Below are positions 57,960 to 64,000 of a stretch of 64,000 nucleotides of DNA, in pieces. A program made the translations under genes and the position numbers. How positions within the stretch are numbered: position 1 is the first letter of the stretch; each line of letters opens with the position of its first letter. The stretch comes from a virus (taxonomy: Duplodnaviria; Caudoviricetes), in the IMG/VR virus record IMGVR_UViG_3300033076_001048, positions 9,766 to 73,765 of that record. The stretch is one strand, 5' to 3'. A model generated the notes under the pieces. That model did not search any database. It was not told where the DNA came from and worked only from the letters and a program-made list of their open reading frames with translations.

Positions 57960-58592
57960 ATGGAACTTAAAAACTTAATCCGTGAAGCATTATTAAATGA
58001 AATTGAAAAACCAATGATATTAAAAGAATCTATTGATGTTTCAGATAACTTAAAGTATCACTTACAAGAAAAATTAACTTTAACTGAAAACATATTTAGA
58101 GTTTATTCAAAAAAGTATTTTGAATTAGTAAATGAGGTTCGTTCATTATACAATGAAGGTAAATTACAATTAAACGAATCTGATGTTGATATGATATCAA
58201 CTGATTTAGGTGAAACCACAATTTTAGAAGATGGTACTGAAGTTTACTTGGACGCACCATTTATTGAAGAATATGTTTCAGAAGAAGATGCATCTCAATT
58301 GAATGAGGTTTTACATCATGGTAAAAATGTTAAGTTAAACCATCCTTTTAGAACTCCTGGTGGTCCAAAGAAATTTGCGGTATATGTTAAAACACCGAGT
58401 GGTGGAGTTAAAAAAGTATCATTTGGTTACCCTGGCATGAGAGTTAGGAATGCTAATAAGAAAGCTGCCAAATCTTTTAGAGCTCGTCACAAATGTAGTC
58501 AAAAGAAAGACAGAACAAGTGCAGGTTATTGGGCTTGTAATGTTGGTCGTTACGCAAAACAACTTGGGTTGAAGTCTTCATCATCGTGGTAA
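57960..58592 (+). CDS. leader-motif protein with basic DUF6321-like C-terminal module
   Basis: VKKVSFG..KSFRARHKC..AGYWAC. Confidence 0.7.
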   Translation: MELKNLIREALLNEIEKPMILKESIDVSDNLKYHLQEKLTLTENIFRVYSKKYFELVNEVRSLYNEGKLQLNESDVDMISTDLGETTILEDGTEVYLDAPFIEEYVSEEDASQLNEVLHHGKNVKLNHPFRTPGGPKKFAVYVKTPSGGVKKVSFGYPGMRVRNANKKAAKSFRARHKCSQKKDRTSAGYWACNVGRYAKQLGLKSSSSW

Positions 58593-58646
58593 TATAACAT
58601 TTAATTAATATTAAATAAATCTTTAACGTTATTCCATTTTCTATTT

Positions 58647-59360
58647 ATGATTATGGAATTAAAAGATTTATTGACCGTAGTTATCCCTTGTAAAAATGAA
58701 AGGGAAAATATTCAAAATGTTTTGCATTGTTTAAATAATCAAAAAAATTCAAAGGGACTTTTGGTTATTGTTGCTGATAATAGCGACGATTTAGTTACTG
58801 TTCATCATATAAATTCTGAAAGAAATAAAAACATTAACATACTAACCATTCAAGGTGGTTATCCATCTTTTGGTAGACATCAAGGAGCTTTAATGTCTGA
58901 AACACCTTACACGTTGTTTTTAGATTCGGACATGACAATAAAAGATACAAATTTTTTAAACAAAATATTAAATGAAATCATTAAAAAACAAGGTGTTCTT
59001 CTTACTTGTAAAGTCAGAACAATTGATAATAAATTTAACAATGTTTATAAAACATTTGATATAATACAAAAATTACATAAAATAACGGGTCCGTTTGCTT
59101 TGGGTGGTATTATGTTATTTAACACTGACAAATATTTTAAATTAGGTGGTTTTAGTTTAAACGATAAATTTGCCGAAGATTATAATTTAAGTAAAAAAGT
59201 TAAATCAAAAGATTTTATTTTATCAAAAGAAATTATATATACACTTTCAAGAAGATTTCAATCAAAAGGTATTTGGTATATAATCAGACTAATGGTTTTA
59301 TCTTTTATTAACAGAAACAATAAAAAGTTTTTTGAAAACACGCATTCATATTGGTCATGA
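58647..59360 (+). CDS. GT2 glycosyltransferase
   Basis: VVIPCKNE, VADNSD, LFLDSD, AEDYNL. Confidence 0.88.
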   Translation: MIMELKDLLTVVIPCKNERENIQNVLHCLNNQKNSKGLLVIVADNSDDLVTVHHINSERNKNINILTIQGGYPSFGRHQGALMSETPYTLFLDSDMTIKDTNFLNKILNEIIKKQGVLLTCKVRTIDNKFNNVYKTFDIIQKLHKITGPFALGGIMLFNTDKYFKLGGFSLNDKFAEDYNLSKKVKSKDFILSKEIIYTLSRRFQSKGIWYIIRLMVLSFINRNNKKFFENTHSYWS

Positions 59361-60073
59361 GTTACAGAACAATAATAATTTCAGATTTACATTTAGGTTC
59401 AAAATCATCTCGAGCCGATGATATTATAAAATTTTTAGAAAAAAATAATTGTGATAATTTATTTTTAAATGGTGATATAATAGATGGTTGGGCACTCAAA
59501 AGAGGTTCAAAATGGAAAGACAAACATACAAAAGTTGTTAGAAAAATTTTAAAAATGGCTGAAAAAGGGACTAACGTAGTTTGGATTAGAGGAAATCATG
59601 ATGACTTTTTGGAGACTTATTTAGGTTTGAATATGGGTAATATACATATCACAGATGAAATTATATATAAAGGTTTAGATAAAAAATTATACTATATTTC
59701 TCATGGAGACAAATTAGACGTATTTTCAACTAAATTTAAATTTATCGCTAAAATAGGTTCAATTGGTTATGATTTTGCATTATGGTTAAATCATTGGTAT
59801 AATTTTTTTAGAGAGTGGATAGGTTTACCATATTACTCATTATCAAAAAGAATTAAAGATAATGTAAAATTAGCGGTTAATTTTGTAACAGACTTTGAAG
59901 AAAATGCGATTAAAATTGCAAAACAAAAAAATTGTGATGTTGCTGTTTGTGGACATATTCACAAAGCTGAAATTAAAGATAGTTATATGAATTCAGGTGA
60001 TTGGTGTGAAAGTTGTACAGCTTTAGTTGAGGATTCTAAAGGTGTGTGGACTATAATTTATTTTCACATATAA
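59351..60073 (+). CDS. metallophosphoesterase, PlcP/LpxH-like
   Basis: ISDLHLG, GDIIDGW, GNHD, SHGD, CGHIH, NSGDW. Confidence 0.88.
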   Translation: MVMSYRTIIISDLHLGSKSSRADDIIKFLEKNNCDNLFLNGDIIDGWALKRGSKWKDKHTKVVRKILKMAEKGTNVVWIRGNHDDFLETYLGLNMGNIHITDEIIYKGLDKKLYYISHGDKLDVFSTKFKFIAKIGSIGYDFALWLNHWYNFFREWIGLPYYSLSKRIKDNVKLAVNFVTDFEENAIKIAKQKNCDVAVCGHIHKAEIKDSYMNSGDWCESCTALVEDSKGVWTIIYFHI

Positions 60074-60082
60074 TTATGTTAT

Positions 60083-60352
60083 ATGGATTTTCCATTTACA
60101 CAAGAAAAATATAATGACCACATTATCAGAACATTTTCTAAAGATGTTGATTCTGATGAATTAAAATGGCACTTTGATTTGGAAAATAGAAAAGTAACCA
60201 TACTTGAATCAGAAGGGTGGTTGTTTCAAATGGATAATGAACTCCCTGTTGAATTAAAACCTAATGATGTGGTACATATCCCCAAAAACATTTATCACAG
60301 GATTAAACGAGGTAATAACGACTTAAAAATTAAAATTGAATTTTATGAATAA
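60083..60352 (+). CDS. small cupin-fold protein
   Basis: LKWHFD..WLFQMDN..IPKNIYHRI. Confidence 0.7.
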   Translation: MDFPFTQEKYNDHIIRTFSKDVDSDELKWHFDLENRKVTILESEGWLFQMDNELPVELKPNDVVHIPKNIYHRIKRGNNDLKIKIEFYE

Positions 60353-60581
60353 TCATATGTTACAATTAAATCCAATGATTCCAATTGTAAGAAACTCTGA
60401 TGGTTTAGAAGGTTATGCGTTTTTGGTAATTGATTACTCGCAAGAACATGATTTACTTTTTACATGTGCCATGGATGATGGTGAAATTTGGACTTTAAGT
60501 AATAAAGATATCAAATTTTGTAAAAATATATCAATGGGTCGAAAAAAAGTTACTCTTGGCGATACATCGGAGCGTCAATAA
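60345..60581 (+). CDS. small hypothetical protein
   Basis: ORF track. Confidence 0.55.
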   Translation: MNNHMLQLNPMIPIVRNSDGLEGYAFLVIDYSQEHDLLFTCAMDDGEIWTLSNKDIKFCKNISMGRKKVTLGDTSERQ

Positions 60582-60993
60582 TTTCATGTGATTCATATAA
60601 ACCTGGAAATTCTTCAGGTACATCCCTCAACAATAATTGAATTTGTTTGTCAAATTTATTAAGACTTTCAGCCATGTATTTTAAAAAAGAGTGGGTCTGA
60701 ATGTTTTTAATTTTACGTGCAAATTCATTAACTGCCTCAGCACTTTCTTTTTTATATATGTCAATGTTTGTGTATATCTGAGCTTTATCCCACACCAAAA
60801 ATATTTCAAAACCAAATGCTTTTCCAACAAAATGAACCTGAGATGTATTTTTAATCTCAATACAATCATGAAACATTATCATATTTGTGTCCCCTTTGAT
60901 AACGGTAACCTGATAAAATGTTTTTATATAATCCAAAACAATATCAACATTATTCATATTCATAATAATAAAAAAAAGGTGGACATTGTCCAC
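60550..60993 (-). CDS. hypothetical protein
   Basis: ORF track; start uncertain. Confidence 0.55.
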   Translation of the reverse strand: MDNVHLFFIIMNMNNVDIVLDYIKTFYQVTVIKGDTNMIMFHDCIEIKNTSQVHFVGKAFGFEIFLVWDKAQIYTNIDIYKKESAEAVNEFARKIKNIQTHSFLKYMAESLNKFDKQIQLLLRDVPEEFPGLYESHEIIDAPMYRQE

Positions 60994-61059
60994 CCTTTTG
61001 GGACTGACCGAATATCAGTCAATCACTCCACCACTTACTTTTTAAAGAAATAAGAAACT

Positions 61060-61332
61060 TTAAGGAATTTGATTGATGATATCCATCAATTCCTCTTTAT
61101 CCAACCAACCAATTACGTCATGTTCTGCAGATGCTACCAAGTTTTTAGTAACAAAATTACCATCTTTATCAAAAATTGCAAGTTCAAAGGTATTAACAAA
61201 ATCACCATAGGTTCTTTCTCTACCACCAGTAACAGATACCTCATATTCACCAAGATTAAGTCTTGATTGATATCCACCTAAAGGATGTTCAATCTTTAAT
61301 TTCATAATATCATCAATAGTATAATCTCTCAT
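61060..61332 (-). CDS. small phage protein
   Basis: YEVSVT..FELAIF..DVIGWL; TATCTTTG box. Confidence 0.65.
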   Translation of the reverse strand: MRDYTIDDIMKLKIEHPLGGYQSRLNLGEYEVSVTGGRERTYGDFVNTFELAIFDKDGNFVTKNLVASAEHDVIGWLDKEELMDIINQIP

Positions 61333-61374
61333 ACCACAAAGATACAACGAACTTTTTACATAATCAAATATTTA

Positions 61375-62118
61375 TTGGATATGAGTTTTAATAACCTTAA
61401 AAAGAACGACATTATATTTTCTGAGTCAAAAGGTTCACGTGTGTTTAAATTAATATCCAAAGAAGAAACTCATTGGGTTGTTGGTGATATGTTCACAAAA
61501 AAAATAGATACCATCACCGAATCAGATACATTTAAAGTTGTTAAAACTGAAAACAAACCAAAACCAATATCATTGTTAAATTTGTTTGAAAACAATAAAA
61601 TTAGCACTAGACCAACTCTTACAGAAAAAGAAGTTTTTTTGGTTGAGGAACTCAAAGATTCATACGAAGAAAGTGAATTACACGATATTATTGAATCTTA
61701 TGAAAATGGTAATTTAGAAACAGGATATAATATATTAAGGTCAGCTTTAAAACTCATTAACACTACCGCTAAAAGTTCATATGACAATTTTGGGTTAATA
61801 CAATATGTTTATTGTGCTATTGAAAATTATGACAAAGAAATTAATACCTCAACACCAATCAAAAGATTTGAACTTTTTTCATTTTCCACAATTGAGATAA
61901 GTGATGAGCGAAAATATCAAAATTGGACATTATTAGTCCCTGCTTTAAATAAAGATATGATGATTAAAATGCAAGAAGGTATTATGAATGATTTTTGGAG
62001 ATGGGACCCTGACGCTGGTTGGGCTGATTATGGTGACACAGATAGTTTAGGATTTGAAGATTCTCAAATAGAAGAAGTACCAGTTACTGAATATCGTAAA
62101 CCATTAGTAATAGAATAA
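61375..62118 (+). CDS. acidic protein, paralogue A
   Basis: Collinear with 62120-62836. Confidence 0.75.
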   Translation: MDMSFNNLKKNDIIFSESKGSRVFKLISKEETHWVVGDMFTKKIDTITESDTFKVVKTENKPKPISLLNLFENNKISTRPTLTEKEVFLVEELKDSYEESELHDIIESYENGNLETGYNILRSALKLINTTAKSSYDNFGLIQYVYCAIENYDKEINTSTPIKRFELFSFSTIEISDERKYQNWTLLVPALNKDMMIKMQEGIMNDFWRWDPDAGWADYGDTDSLGFEDSQIEEVPVTEYRKPLVIE

Positions 62119-62119
62119 T

Positions 62120-62836
62120 ATGAGATACGAAAATTTAAAAAAGAACGATGTATTATTCTGTGAATCAAAAGGTTCAAGAGTTTTAAAATTGGTTGACAAA
62201 GTTGACGGTTCTTGGCTTGGAAGAGATATTTTTACAAATGAAAACTTTGAATTAACAAATACAGACCAATTTAAATTGGTTAATAGAGAAAGAAAAGTTA
62301 AGCCGTTATCTTTATTAAAATTAATTGAATCAAAAAATGGTCCATCAACTTTAACAGAAAAAGAAATGTTTATTGTTGATTACATTATGGACAATTATAG
62401 CCCTGATGAACTAAAAGAGTTAAAAGACAGTTATGATGATGGTGAACATATGAGCACAAAAATTCCATATTTCACTAGTCTTTTACGTTACTTAAATTTA
62501 CCAGGTGGATATAGTGATGCATCATTTTTCCAATATGTTCTTTGTGCTTATGAAAATATTGGAAAAACCATTACATCATCAACACCAATTCAAAGATTTA
62601 AAGAATATAGATTTACTTGGACTGAAGAAAGAGAACAAACTGAATACAGTACATATTATCTTGAATTTTATGCTGCAAATGAAGAAGACGCAAATAAAAT
62701 CTCAAAACACTTACAAGACGATTTTTGGAGTTATAACCCTGATGCTTACGATACCGACTATGGTGATAGTGTTTTTATTCAAATGCGTGACCCTGAAACC
62801 AAATTAGAAGATGAAAGACCGTTTGTTATTGACTAA
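62120..62836 (+). CDS. acidic protein, paralogue B
   Basis: Shared NLKKND..ESKGSRV and DFW..DPDA..DYGD. Confidence 0.75.
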   Translation: MRYENLKKNDVLFCESKGSRVLKLVDKVDGSWLGRDIFTNENFELTNTDQFKLVNRERKVKPLSLLKLIESKNGPSTLTEKEMFIVDYIMDNYSPDELKELKDSYDDGEHMSTKIPYFTSLLRYLNLPGGYSDASFFQYVLCAYENIGKTITSSTPIQRFKEYRFTWTEEREQTEYSTYYLEFYAANEEDANKISKHLQDDFWSYNPDAYDTDYGDSVFIQMRDPETKLEDERPFVID

Positions 62837-63095
62837 CAACTTTTGATTTTTCTTTAGCATATTCTGCCAAAGTCATAAGTGGTTCTTTTACCCCTGATAC
62901 AATCACACACTCAGTCAAAACCTTAAATGGAATATGGATGAACAAATCCTGTGCATCATATGTTGTTAGGTCTTGTTTCAACGCTAAACAACCCTGAACC
63001 ATCTTACAAAAAATTCTAAATTGAACTGTATCTACAAATGTTGGTGTAGTTAATTCACCATACTGTGGGTGGAACATTCTTAATTGGTAATTCAT
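62826..63095 (-). CDS. hypothetical protein
   Basis: TATATTTG box upstream. Confidence 0.6.
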   Translation of the reverse strand: MNYQLRMFHPQYGELTTPTFVDTVQFRIFCKMVQGCLALKQDLTTYDAQDLFIHIPFKVLTECVIVSGVKEPLMTLAEYAKEKSKVVSQ

Positions 63096-63134
63096 ATTAC
63101 AAATATAAAACAAAGTTTTGATAATACCAAATAA

Positions 63135-63970
63135 AAAACCCACGAAATTGGTTTATCGTGGGTTAGGTTTGAAACTTTAAGCTTTAAAGTCGGTTCAAGG
63201 ATGCTATCCTTGAAGGGGTAAGGCTGAAAACGCTGAGACTACACGTATTCTCGACCCATCTTTCGTGACATTATACCTTACTAGGGTTTCTTCACATTGT
63301 CCACAAATGTTGCCATCTGTATTGAGTCATCACCGATTGTTTACGTCAATCAATCGTTTCGGTTAATCCTACTCAACTCTTACTTGTCTCTATGGAATCT
63401 TGCGGACTCCCTAAACCCGTGCCCAGGTACTAGGACTTTCTTAGTTAAAACTGAAGGACTTGGGGTCCTGTCAATTTCCCCGTTAGTGTTGCCACTCGAG
63501 GAATTAGGTGACTTTCAGTTTAACCGCTCAGAGACTTATCCTTTTATATTAGTTTCTATTCAACGAGAAATCCAACAGTTGTGAGTTTATGAAGGTTGAG
63601 CTCTGAGGTGGCTAGCTTCTCTTTTGAAGAAGGAAATACCACTCAACCCTCTGTAATCCGCCAAGACTACGACTTATCTTGATATCGTTGAGTTACCTCT
63701 TGGATACCTATGATAAATTGGTACCTAGCCCTACATCAGATTGGCGTCTGAGTCGAACCATCACCTTTACCTTTTCCTATTGGTGTCTCCACCTCAACCC
63801 TGACACTCACGTAGTCAGAATGGATACTTCCTCTCAGCTGTCGCCCATAAGGATTTATCCGTAGGTAATTTGTTTAGTTGTGAGCCACTTTCGTGACACC
63901 GAAGTATTCAGTCGTTGAAACCTTTCCTCCCTATAGTCCCGTTACCGGGGTTATCTTAATCGACGCTAAA
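63135..63970 (-). ncRNA. large structured ncRNA (~830 nt), GOLLD-like in size
   Basis: GC-rich for this genome; many hairpins incl. GNRA loops; TATCTTCG promoter-like box 63975-63982; terminator 63132-63164. Confidence 0.65.
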
Positions 63971-64000
63971 CCGCCGAAGATACAAACCAACTTAAATTTT

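Noticed and set aside
63297-63864. Plus-strand ORFs 63297-63584 and 63679-63864
   Set aside because: Atypical composition, no promoter, antisense to the structured RNA.
63900-63950. RNase P RNA (GAGGAAAG on minus strand)
   Set aside because: Not followed by UCC, no 3' conserved region seen, and the RNA is too long.
1-64000. Stop-codon reassignment
   Set aside because: Genes are intact in code 11, TAA, TGA and TAG all end genes, and no suppressor tRNA is seen.

Overview
AT-rich 64-kb segment of a large (probably jumbo) dsDNA phage of a Bacteroidota host, read in standard code 11. The host call rests on many TAnnTTTG promoter boxes and a T9SS-type C-terminal domain. No core replication or capsid genes are visible. 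The window holds four tRNAs with an HNH gene, a GH19 endolysin, envelope proteins (DUF481-like barrel, OmpA-like, CAP, BspA-like, GEVED), metabolic genes (purA, DHFR, mgsA, AsnRS-like Asn synthetase, PlcP-like phosphoesterase plus GT2) and RNA repair genes (RNA ligase, HAD, CCA enzyme). About 20 ORFs share an N-terminal leader ending in (I/L)xE. There is a ~1.9-kb origin-like region with DnaA boxes and two dispersed repeat families, and an ~830-nt structured ncRNA at the right end. The most unusual element is 19176-21323: an intact gene built like a CRISPR array (36-nt repeats, mostly unique ~30-nt in-frame spacers, polar decay) with no cas gene in the window. All family names come from motif recognition by eye, not database searches.
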